Positions 1 to 8,298 of a DNA stretch of 64,000 nt are shown in pieces. Where the stretch lies: assembly GCA_963787125.1 (NCBI GenBank), contig CAWBBV010000006.1, forward strand, positions 64,001 through 128,000. Reading direction: 5' to 3'. The position numbers and the translations under genes were made by a program. Positions within the stretch are counted from its first letter, which is position 1. Each line of letters opens with the position of its first letter. The notes below the pieces were generated by a model. That model ran no database searches and had not been told where the DNA came from. It worked only from the letters and a program-made list of their open reading frames with translations. This DNA is from an uncultured delta proteobacterium (GTDB lineage Bacteria > Desulfobacterota > Desulfuromonadia > Geobacterales > DSM-12255).

Positions 1-628
1 CCAATGGTCCAAGTGGGCTCAGTTTCTCACCCTCTTTTGCAACCCAATAGAGGCCATCTTTTTTCCCCTCACTGCTCCGTACCTTCTGGGCAAATTCCGA
101 CTTACCGTCACCGTCCCAGTCGGTCGTAGCGTATTCACGCTGGGCATCGACATAACTTCGCAGGATCTCGATCACCTCCAGCTCGTTTCTGCCGATTCGC
201 CGATTCAGGAGTTCCTCTTTCCCGGCCCTGGTGTCGAAGCGCCAGACTTTGCCTGTTTTCACCAACGGGATTGGATAGGGGTAGTCCTCATTGCCAATGG
301 CAAAAACTGCCTTGCCGGTCTCAGTACCTTCAATGACGATTTTTTCGTCATACAGCTTGACGAAGCGCTCCCGGCCGGCCTTGTCAGCAACCGGATCGCC
401 TGAAGAGATAATCTCCTTTGAGCCAGGTCCGAGAATGGCTATAAGTGCTTTGGTATCATTGTTTCTGACCGCTTTGGCTAGGATCTTTAAAGCTTCATCC
501 GGCGAAGAAAACGCTTGCTGGCCTTTTTTAGCCGAAGCCGCCACGACCGGAGCCACGCCGGCCAGAACTAAAAATAGAGCCAGTAGCAGAAGCTGAATGA
601 TTGAAATTTTCCTGAATATCATAAACAT
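1..628 (-). CDS. DUF2950 family exported protein (3' end runs off window)
   Basis: Manual translation from ATG 628 (GGAGGA RBS upstream): MFMIFRKISIIQLLLLALFLVLAGVAPVVAASAKKGQQAFSSPDEALKILAKAVRNNDTKALIAILGPGSKEIISSGDPVADKAGRERF...YPYPIPLVK..WRFDTRAGKEELLNRRIGRNELEVI; directly downstream of DUF3300, the usual pairing. Confidence 0.85.
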   Translation of the reverse strand, partial: MFMIFRKISIIQLLLLALFLVLAGVAPVVAASAKKGQQAFSSPDEALKILAKAVRNNDTKALIAILGPGSKEIISSGDPVADKAGRERFVKLYDEKIVIEGTETGKAVFAIGNEDYPYPIPLVKTGKVWRFDTRAGKEELLNRRIGRNELEVIEILRSYVDAQREYATTDWDGDGKSEFAQKVRSSEGKKDGLYWVAKEGEKLSPLGPL

Positions 629-676
629 GGTGCGGTATCCTCCAATATGGGTTATGAAATGAGGTTCGACGAGTCG

Positions 677-2080
677 CTATCTGCGACCACCGCCGCCGCC
701 TCGACCACCGCCTCCACCGCCTCGACTCGCACCACCACCACCACCGCCTCGACTCGCACCACCACCACCACCACCACCACCACCGCCTCGACTCGCACCA
801 CCACCACCACCGCCGCCTCGACCACCGCTAAATCCGCCCCCACCTCCACCTCTCGAACCGCCGCCGCTAATACCGCTGCCGCCGGAGCTCTGCCGACTTG
901 ACATGCCACGATCACTTGCCGCCCGCGCCTGACTGCCACTGCCGCCGCCAAAAGCGCTGTCAAGCCCGCCTCTGTCCATGGTGCCAGCTGACGGACGGGC
1001 ATCTGCCCCGGCGGCGCTTCTGTTCATGGTGCCGGCCGAAGGGCGATTCCCTGCTGTGCTGCCGGCTTTATCCATAGTACCGGCCGAGGGACGACTCCCG
1101 GCGCTGCCGCCGGCATTACCATAGCCACGGGAAGCTTCGCCCCTCCCGGCTGACTGGGTCGGAGATTGGCCGAATTTCTTTGCAGTTGCTCCATCTTTGT
1201 AGGCAACACCCTTGCGATGTTCCGGATTATGTTGCCACGGCTTTTGATTAGCCCCCCCCGCAGGAAGTGTTGATGCTGATGGTGGTCTAGCACCGGGTGT
1301 TCCAGGGGGTGTCGTCCCCGGAGGGCGCGCTCCTGCAGGTGGTGGTGGCGGTGGAGGTGGTGGCGGGTAAACATACCCCCCGTGCCAATCACAATGCCCA
1401 TATCCATAGGACGGGCCCACGATTATCCCGACCGAAAACGAATACGGCGGATATGACGGTGGCGGTGGCGGATAATAATAGTAGGGGGGGTAGGCAGGAT
1501 ACATCCAGGTACCATAAACCACCGTCGTGCTGTAAGTCGGCACGTATATCACCTCGGGATTAGCCGACTGGATGATGATAGTCTCCTTCTCCACAACAAC
1601 CTTCTGCTCCTTGGACGCTTTCAGGTTCCCCGCTTCGTAGGCCTTCTTCCGCAGCAGCTGAATCGTAGCCATCACCTCTTTCTGCTGGGACAGGAAAGCG
1701 TCGCCGATCTTTGTGGTGATATCGAGTTTCTCACTCATTGAAGCCAGCACAACCGGAAACCTGACCAGCGCCTTGACGCTCGGATCCCATGTTTCCTTTG
1801 CAAGCTGCCTGGCCAGGGCATCTCCGGCGCTCTGTTTGTTTTTCTTCGTCCAGCGGTCCGCCTGAACAACTTCGAGCGGATAGGTCGAAGCCATCAGAAT
1901 CTGGGATACCAGCTCATCAGGATAAAGAGCAATCGGTGCCAGCAACTGCGCCAGCTCTTCAGTAGACAGCTTCTTCGCCGCATCGCTCCCATCCGTCCCG
2001 GCCATCACCTGAGTCGGCACTACAATTAATAGTGCCAGCAGAAGTTGAAGCACACCAATCCAGAGTGATTTTAATTTCAT
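677..2080 (-). CDS. DUF3300 domain exported protein with Pro-rich linker and Gly/Arg-rich tail
   Basis: Signal peptide; LAQLLAPIALYPDELVSQILMASTYPLEVVQA and WDPSVKAL motifs; WQHNPEHRKGVAY; low-complexity C-terminus. Confidence 0.9.
   Translation of the reverse strand: MKLKSLWIGVLQLLLALLIVVPTQVMAGTDGSDAAKKLSTEELAQLLAPIALYPDELVSQILMASTYPLEVVQADRWTKKNKQSAGDALARQLAKETWDPSVKALVRFPVVLASMSEKLDITTKIGDAFLSQQKEVMATIQLLRKKAYEAGNLKASKEQKVVVEKETIIIQSANPEVIYVPTYSTTVVYGTWMYPAYPPYYYYPPPPPSYPPYSFSVGIIVGPSYGYGHCDWHGGYVYPPPPPPPPPPAGARPPGTTPPGTPGARPPSASTLPAGGANQKPWQHNPEHRKGVAYKDGATAKKFGQSPTQSAGRGEASRGYGNAGGSAGSRPSAGTMDKAGSTAGNRPSAGTMNRSAAGADARPSAGTMDRGGLDSAFGGGSGSQARAASDRGMSSRQSSGGSGISGGGSRGGGGGGFSGGRGGGGGGGASRGGGGGGGGGGASRGGGGGGASRGGGGGGRGGGGGRR
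686..830 (-). repeat. Coding tandem repeats (ccgcctcgactcgcacca(cca)n) encoding GGGASRGGG units
   Basis: Three near-identical 'ccgcctcgactcgcaccaccacc' units with variable cca tracts in the DUF3300 tail. Confidence 0.85.
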
Positions 2081-2145
2081 GCACCTTCCCTTTTACTGAT
2101 CCAGTTATTGTTTTAATCTAATGATTCAAGGAGTTCTGAGCAGAG

Positions 2146-2472
2146 TTATGCCCCCCCCCTCAATTTCTCGACCAGATCGAAATGCCACTTATTATCAGTT
2201 TCATAAAATGATACCTCCGGGAGCCGGGTTGATAACTCCATGACCTCCAGAATCCTGACGTAGACGCTGCTTTCTATATGTCGTTCCAGATCCGGCAATG
2301 ACCGCCATTGCTCCATGTAGAGAATACTCGGTTCTTCGCCATACCCTTCGTAGATACCGCAGCTCAGGCACCCATGCGCCACTTCCACGGGTCCCTTTAC
2401 CGACTGGAGCAGGTCGAGCGCCTCTCTGTGGCTTTCATTAAAGGTAAATATTTTTAATAGGGCGATTATCAT
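2146..2472 (-). CDS. Antibiotic biosynthesis monooxygenase (ABM)-like domain protein
   Basis: 108 aa; GCLSCGIYE...ILYMEQWRSLPDLERHIES pattern typical of ABM/quinol monooxygenase-like proteins. Confidence 0.8.
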   Translation of the reverse strand: MIIALLKIFTFNESHREALDLLQSVKGPVEVAHGCLSCGIYEGYGEEPSILYMEQWRSLPDLERHIESSVYVRILEVMELSTRLPEVSFYETDNKWHFDLVEKLRGGA

Positions 2473-2485
2473 TATGTGATTATCT

Positions 2486-2503
2486 ATCCCATTTTTATGC
2501 CAA
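2486..2503 (-). promoter_or_regulatory. Putative sigma-54 -24/-12 promoter (variant -12) for ABM-DUF3300-DUF2950
   Basis: Minus strand TTGGCAT-AAAAA-TGGGAT; -24 GG intact, -12 reads GG instead of GC; about 100 bp downstream of the putative enhancer pair. Confidence 0.45.
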
Positions 2504-2600
2504 CTTTGTTAATACTTATGAATTAACAGGATAAAATCGAGAATTCGGGGGGTTATCAATAATGAAGGGAACGGACAAAGGAGACTAGCTCCACCAAGAG

Positions 2601-2633
2601 GACGACATTTCAACTCAAGGTCGATATGCCGTC
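2601..2633. promoter_or_regulatory. Putative tandem enhancer (UAS) sites for the adjacent sigma-54 activator
   Basis: GACGACATTTCAAC-N5-GTCGATATGCCGTC; two 14-bp imperfect palindromes; matches the arrangement at 4721-4753. Confidence 0.5.
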
Positions 2634-4652
2634 TTTTGTGCGTTGTGAGACTATGCCTAGCTTTTTCATCCGGGAATAGAGTGTCGCCGGGTTCAAACCG
2701 AGTATCCGGGCAGCGCCGCCGTCACCTTTAATCCGCCAGCCGGTCTGCCTGAGGATATCTTCTATGTGACGACTTTCAAGCTCTTCAAGGGAAAGCTGGC
2801 GCGAGGAGCGGTTACCGCTGTTTTCCGGGAGCCTGATTGTCAGTTCACTCCCTGAACTGACAATCACCGCATGTTCAATGACGTTTCTAAGCTCCCGTAT
2901 ATTGCCCGGCCAGGAGTATGCCTGTAATGAAGCCAGATCATTACTGCTGACTTTGCGGATTTTTTTACCCATTTTTTCATTGAACTCACGCAAAAACTCC
3001 CACACCAGCATGGGGATGTCTTCAACCCGCTCACGCAGGGAAGGGACGGCAATGGGGAAAACACTCAGGCGATAATACAGATCCTCACGGAAAGTGCCTT
3101 TCCTGACCTCTTCCAGTAAATCACGATTGGTTGCGGTAATCACCCTCACATCCACTTTGATGGTTTTTGGCGACCCCAACCGTTCGAACTCACCCTCCTG
3201 CAGCACCCGCAGGAATTTGGCCTGAAGCTCAAGGGACATTTCCGCGATTTCGTCGAGAAAGAGGGTTGAGCCGTCGGCAAGTTCAAAGCGGCCGATCTGG
3301 CGCGTCAGCGCCCCGGTAAAGGCACCTCTCTCCCGGCCGAAAAGCTCGCTCTCCACCAGTGATGCCGGTAGCGAAGCGCAGTTCACCTTCACCATCAGTT
3401 TGTTCCGCCGGGGGCTGTTATTATGGATAGACTGGGCGATCAGCTCCTTGCCGGTGCCGGTTTCACCACTCACCAGGACAGTTGCAGCTGTGGGCGCCAC
3501 CTGCTCCACCATAACCAGCACCCTGTTAAGTGGTTCACTCTGGCCGATAATTTTCTCATGGGACTGAAAGGCGCGCACTTCAGTCCGCAGGTAGTCAGCT
3601 TCAGTCTCAAGTTTTTCCTTTAACGCCGCTATCTCTTCATAAGACTTAATGAGCGCCTGCTCTGCACTATCCCTAAAAACAGCGTTAATTAAAACTTCTC
3701 CAAATATCTGGAGCCGGGGTAGATTCTCAACAGGAAAAGAAAGCCTGCTCGCAAGAGACTGGATAATAAGCACGTAAGAACTACCGTCTTTTGCCGGGAG
3801 TGGTACACGTAGCGCTGACTTTACCCCCATGACCTCATAGGAGCGGCGATCAATGGCAGCAGCCGGCGGCAGCTCGTCAAGATCGGAAAAGCAGTGATAT
3901 CGTCCTGTTAGCATCAGATCGACCGACCAGGGAAACATCGACGCCAGATCTACGTCCCGAGAAACCTGTTTAATGCCATCCCGATAATAAGCGTGGGTTA
4001 TCAAGGTCTTTCTGCTTATCAGATCCAGCATGATCATTGCGCACCGGTCACCGCCAACAAAATGCAGGATTTTGCCCAAAGTTTGCTCGATCAAGCCGTC
4101 CAAAGCGGCTGACAGAATTGGTCTGGAAAATTCACTTGAAAGCTGTACAAGGAGAGACTCAAATTGCAGTTGCCGGTCAACCGCTTTCTCCCTGGCTTTC
4201 CTGGCGGTGATGTCGACGGAAACACCCATGATTGAGGATGCTTTTGCCCCGGCACCACTGTAGATAGCACCGCGCGAATGTACCCAGCGGACCGACCTTT
4301 CAGGCATGAAAAGACGGTATTCTACATCGACATTAGCGCCTTCTTGTAAGGTCTTTTGTATCGCATCCCGAACCAGGTGAATGTCGTCAGGATGTACTCT
4401 TACCGCAAAATCATCAAACGATATATCGCCGGCTTTGGGAAAGCTGAACATGTCTCTGGTCCGTTCGTTAGCCCAGAAAAGGTAAGTATCAAGATCAAGT
4501 GACCAGAGGCCGGCACCGGCAGCATCCACAGCAAGTTCAAGCCGGGTTTCGTATATTTTAAGGTTATTGTAAAGGGTGCGCAGATCGTGAGAGGGATCAG
4601 TCCCTATCAAGTGCTCTGAAGATTCAGAAGAAGTCGGGGGAAAAGTTTTCAA
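2610..4652 (-). CDS. Sigma-54-dependent transcriptional activator (PAS + GAF-like + AAA+ + Fis HTH; FhlA-like)
   Basis: GETGTGKE Walker A, ESELFG, GAFTGA, FLDEI, WPGNIREL, C-terminal HTH; TTG start at 4652 chosen for its AGAGGAG RBS (the ORF extends to 4733). Confidence 0.92.
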   Translation of the reverse strand: MKTFPPTSSESSEHLIGTDPSHDLRTLYNNLKIYETRLELAVDAAGAGLWSLDLDTYLFWANERTRDMFSFPKAGDISFDDFAVRVHPDDIHLVRDAIQKTLQEGANVDVEYRLFMPERSVRWVHSRGAIYSGAGAKASSIMGVSVDITARKAREKAVDRQLQFESLLVQLSSEFSRPILSAALDGLIEQTLGKILHFVGGDRCAMIMLDLISRKTLITHAYYRDGIKQVSRDVDLASMFPWSVDLMLTGRYHCFSDLDELPPAAAIDRRSYEVMGVKSALRVPLPAKDGSSYVLIIQSLASRLSFPVENLPRLQIFGEVLINAVFRDSAEQALIKSYEEIAALKEKLETEADYLRTEVRAFQSHEKIIGQSEPLNRVLVMVEQVAPTAATVLVSGETGTGKELIAQSIHNNSPRRNKLMVKVNCASLPASLVESELFGRERGAFTGALTRQIGRFELADGSTLFLDEIAEMSLELQAKFLRVLQEGEFERLGSPKTIKVDVRVITATNRDLLEEVRKGTFREDLYYRLSVFPIAVPSLRERVEDIPMLVWEFLREFNEKMGKKIRKVSSNDLASLQAYSWPGNIRELRNVIEHAVIVSSGSELTIRLPENSGNRSSRQLSLEELESRHIEDILRQTGWRIKGDGGAARILGLNPATLYSRMKKLGIVSQRTKDGISTLS

Positions 4653-4720
4653 TGAAGCTCCTCTGGCAGATATATGTGTTAACCAGAAGTAAAGAATATT
4701 AGATTCCCGCCCAAAATCAA

Positions 4721-4753
4721 GCCCAAAGATCAACCTTTGGTCGACATTTCGTC
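4721..4753. promoter_or_regulatory. Putative tandem enhancer (UAS) sites
   Basis: GCCCAAAGATCAAC-N5-GTCGACATTTCGTC; shares the TCAAC-N4-GGTCGAyAT..CGTC core with 2601-2633. Confidence 0.5.
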
Positions 4754-4836
4754 TCCGACATTTATTTTCAATTTTGGCTCAGGATTAAAATCATTATATT
4801 CCAGCTGATTATAGCTAGAATATGTAAACCGCGTAT

Positions 4837-4854
4837 CTGGCACAAATTTTGGAT
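4837..4854 (+). promoter_or_regulatory. Putative sigma-54 -24/-12 promoter for the vWA/OmpA gene
   Basis: CTGGCAC-AAATT-TTGGAT; one mismatch (GG for GC at -12) from the TGGCAC-N5-TTGC consensus. Confidence 0.6.
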
Positions 4855-4926
4855 TATAAAAAATAATTTAGAAATCAAGTTTATGGCACCAGCGAAAATT
4901 CAAATAAATCATAAAGGAGAACGATC

Positions 4927-6981
4927 ATGCTATTCAGAAGAATCTGCCTGCTACTGTCAGCTCTGCTCGGCTGTGGAACAGCCTTTGCCGCCGGTGGAGC
5001 CGGTCTGGACGTCCAGGTCACCAAACCTGGCGCAAAAGTTTCCATTGAACAGGTCATCAAAGACGGCAAAGTGCTGGTCAGTGTCGTTGATTCGGCAAAG
5101 AATCCGCTCCTCGGGCTTGGAGCCGGCGACTTCACCGTCAGCCAGGCCGCCATGAAAGGCACCGTCCTTTCAGCCCAGGCCTTCGCTGAAAACCAGGAAG
5201 TCCCGCGTCACATCGTTCTGGTGCTTGACAACTCCTTTTCCATGGAGCAGCGCAACGCCGTCAAGCCTCTGCTTGCAGGAGTTGACGAGCTATTGAAAAC
5301 CGTTCGTCCAATCGATGATGTCAAAATCGTAGTTTTTGACAACAAGAAAGCCCTCAAAAGTGGTGGCCGAGATGTGCATGTAAAAACTTTCGGTTCTAAT
5401 CAACAGGCCGAGTTAAGGGATTTTGTAGCTAACGCCTACCAGAGCAAGGAGCTTACCAGTGGAACGTATCTGAACGACGCACTCATGGTCGGCCTTGATC
5501 TCCTGAAAATTATGCCGACAACCGAACCGCGCTTCATGGTGGTCTTTTCCGATGGTGAGGACCTGAACAGCACCTTTAAAAAGGAAGATGTCCTGAAGTC
5601 CGCCAAAGCCACCAAACGCTTCAACGTTTATGGGATCGACTACATGGAAGGCTCCAAACCTGATACGATCCTGTCAAAATATGTTAAAAGCAGTGGCGGG
5701 CAAATCTGGAAAGCAACATCCGGAGCAAATATCGTCCCCATTTTCCAGAGCGTTGCTTCAAGGCTGCAGCACTATTATGTCATCAACTACCAGTTTGTCC
5801 CCACCGGTTCAATTTCCACCCCTACGACCAGCCTGAAGATTGATGAAGTCAAGACACTTGATGCTTCTCCGTTTCTTGCACATATCTTCTTCGATAAAGG
5901 GGCAAGCGAGATACCTGCCAGATACGTCCGCTTCAAGGGTGCAGGCGAGACGGCCGGATTTGAAGAAAAACAGTTGATTCTTACCTTACAAAAGTATTAC
6001 CAGATCCTGAATGTTATCGGCAAAAGGCTGACCATCAATGCCGCCGCCACTATCACCCTGATCGGTTGCAACGACAACAGCGGCAAAGAGAAAGGGAATA
6101 AACAGCTTTCCACCCAGCGCGCCGAAGCCGTGAAGAATTATCTGCAGACTGTCTGGAACATTGCTCCGGAACGGATGACGATCGAAGCACGCAACCTGCC
6201 GCAGATGCCGAGTGCCAGTAAGTCTGCCGAAGGGCAGGCAGAAAACCGGCGAGTAGAAATTATCGCCTCTGACATGATGATCCTTGCTCCGGTACAAAGC
6301 GTGTATACGTCCGGCAAGATTGATCAGACGTTTCTGATCGTTCGCCCAAGCGTGGTAACCCCGTATGCAATCTCCACCTGGAAGATTATTACCAGCAACG
6401 CTGCCGGCACAATAGCCGAGCAGACCGGCACCGGACCGCTCGCCAAAGAAATTAAAATTTCTCTGGCTGACAAGGATGTCCTGGCGCTGGGAGCAGGCGG
6501 CGACATTACCATCAAGCTGGAGTTGCAGGACAGCAAGGGACAGCGCCTGGCAGTTTCCACCGCCCCCGTAAAAGTTACTTTCAGCCAGGTAAGCCAGCGA
6601 ATCGCGCAGAAACAGGACCAACTTGTACAGGAAAAGTATGCGCTTATTCTCTTTGATTTCAACAAAGCCACCATTGCCGGCCTCAACCAGGAAATAATCA
6701 AAAGAATTGCCGGTCGCATCAAGCTACTCGCCCAGGCTAAAGTTGATATAGTCGGGCACACCGACAATATCGGCAGCGCTGCCTACAACAGCAAGCTTTC
6801 GCAGCAACGGGCCGCGGAAACCAGCAAACTGCTGGCAGCTGCCTATGGCGAAGACCTCGGAACTCGTGTCACCGTTGCCGGCGTCGGCTCAAAAAACCCG
6901 CTGTTTGACAACAGCTCTCCGGAAGCGCGATCATTCAACCGCACGGTTACCATTACCCTGGAATATTTGAGCGCTGAATAG
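4927..6981 (+). CDS. Exported vWA domain + two OmpA-like peptidoglycan-binding domain protein
   Basis: Signal peptide; MIDAS LVLDNSFSM and FSDGED; OmpA motifs NKQLSTQRAEAV...NRRVEI and GHTDNIGSAAYNSKLSQQRA...NRTVTI; AAAGGAG RBS. Confidence 0.88.
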   Translation: MLFRRICLLLSALLGCGTAFAAGGAGLDVQVTKPGAKVSIEQVIKDGKVLVSVVDSAKNPLLGLGAGDFTVSQAAMKGTVLSAQAFAENQEVPRHIVLVLDNSFSMEQRNAVKPLLAGVDELLKTVRPIDDVKIVVFDNKKALKSGGRDVHVKTFGSNQQAELRDFVANAYQSKELTSGTYLNDALMVGLDLLKIMPTTEPRFMVVFSDGEDLNSTFKKEDVLKSAKATKRFNVYGIDYMEGSKPDTILSKYVKSSGGQIWKATSGANIVPIFQSVASRLQHYYVINYQFVPTGSISTPTTSLKIDEVKTLDASPFLAHIFFDKGASEIPARYVRFKGAGETAGFEEKQLILTLQKYYQILNVIGKRLTINAAATITLIGCNDNSGKEKGNKQLSTQRAEAVKNYLQTVWNIAPERMTIEARNLPQMPSASKSAEGQAENRRVEIIASDMMILAPVQSVYTSGKIDQTFLIVRPSVVTPYAISTWKIITSNAAGTIAEQTGTGPLAKEIKISLADKDVLALGAGGDITIKLELQDSKGQRLAVSTAPVKVTFSQVSQRIAQKQDQLVQEKYALILFDFNKATIAGLNQEIIKRIAGRIKLLAQAKVDIVGHTDNIGSAAYNSKLSQQRAAETSKLLAAAYGEDLGTRVTVAGVGSKNPLFDNSSPEARSFNRTVTITLEYLSAE

Positions 6982-7056
6982 CAGGGGCGCTTCACAGCGG
7001 GTGGTGACTGCCGCCAGAGAGGAAAAGTAAAAGCTGTCGGATCGCTTGACAGGTAG

Positions 7057-7099
7057 AAACAGTAAGGCAAGGTCAGGAGACCTTCCCTTACTGTTTTTT
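7057..7099 (+). terminator. Rho-independent terminator
   Basis: aaacagtaagg-caaggtc-agga-gaccttc-ccttactgttt followed by a T-run, downstream of the vWA/OmpA gene. Confidence 0.75.
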
Positions 7100-7278
7100 C
7101 TGTTATGCAGACAGAATTCGGGGCGAAGTTTTTTCAGCACAATCGCGCCAGGAAATATTCTTGGCGCGGCCTGTAAAGCGGATTAATTCACTCGAATCTG
7201 TATGCCGATACTGGCCACACAAATAATCAACAATAATTTTGACCTGCATGGCAATGGCTGGCAGTACCGTTTGGAGGA

Positions 7279-8298
7279 ATGACTATGACATCGTTTTTCA
7301 AGGGTTTCGGTAAAGTTTGTGTCCGCTGCGCCCTGCTGTTGTTAGCGGCCTGGGCAGCTGTGGCCATTCTGTATTCGAACCTGCCGTCTGCTTTACGGCC
7401 ATGGGCCGCCGGCATCTTCGCCATCGGCAGCCTGTTGGCGCTGGTCGGCAAATTCAGCTCACTGAAATCACGGCTGGGCTTTTTGGCAGCATTTGCAGCC
7501 GTTCTGGTCTACTGGCTCTTCATGCCGCCAAGTAACAAGCGGGACTGGCAGCCGGATATGGCAGTTCTGGCCTCGGCAGATATTGCCGGCGACAAGGTCA
7601 CCATTCACAATATCCGCAACTGCGACTACCGGACCGAAACCGATTATACTTGCAGTTACTACGACAAGACCTTCGATCTGGCAAAACTCAAAAACGTGGA
7701 TTTTTTTCTGGTCTACTGGGGATCGCCGAAAATCGCCCACACCATGATGAGCTTCGATTTCGAAGACCAGGGACCTGTCTGCTTCTCCATCGAGACCCGC
7801 AAGGAAAAGGGAGAGGACTACTCCACGATCAAAGGTTTTTTCCGCCAGTACGAGATCGCCTACGTCGTGGCTGACGAGCGAGACCTGGTCCGCCTGCGGA
7901 CAAACTACCGCGAAAAGGGCAAGGGCGAGGATGTGTACCTGTACCGGCTGAATATAAGCCCGGAGTTTAACCGCAAGGCGTTTCTCAGCTACGTGAGTGA
8001 GATCAACCGGCTCAAGGACCAGCCCCAGTGGTACAACGCCCTTACCGAGAACTGCACCACCAGCATCCGCAAGCATACCATACCCTTCCTACCCGACGCC
8101 AAGCCGGACTGGCGCATTATCGTCAATGGTTATATCGATGAGATGCTCTACGAGCGGAAGCGATTCGATACCAGCCTGCCGTTCGCGGAACTGAAAAAAC
8201 GGAGTTACATTAACCCTAAAGCCAAGGTGGCTGACAAGGACCCGGCCTTTTCCCGGCTGATTCGCGTTGGCCTCCCCGGCAGGGAGCAAAAACCATGA
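7279..8298 (+). CDS. DUF4105 (Lnb N-terminal-like) membrane-anchored protein
   Basis: Three N-terminal TM segments, PSNKRDWQPD, IAHTMMSF, SIETRKE, FFRQYE, YNALTENCTT motifs. Confidence 0.88.
   Translation: MTMTSFFKGFGKVCVRCALLLLAAWAAVAILYSNLPSALRPWAAGIFAIGSLLALVGKFSSLKSRLGFLAAFAAVLVYWLFMPPSNKRDWQPDMAVLASADIAGDKVTIHNIRNCDYRTETDYTCSYYDKTFDLAKLKNVDFFLVYWGSPKIAHTMMSFDFEDQGPVCFSIETRKEKGEDYSTIKGFFRQYEIAYVVADERDLVRLRTNYREKGKGEDVYLYRLNISPEFNRKAFLSYVSEINRLKDQPQWYNALTENCTTSIRKHTIPFLPDAKPDWRIIVNGYIDEMLYERKRFDTSLPFAELKKRSYINPKAKVADKDPAFSRLIRVGLPGREQKP

Noticed and set aside
647..1002. Thr-rich and Val-rich small ORFs
   Set aside because: Alternative-frame readings of the Gly-repeat tail of DUF3300
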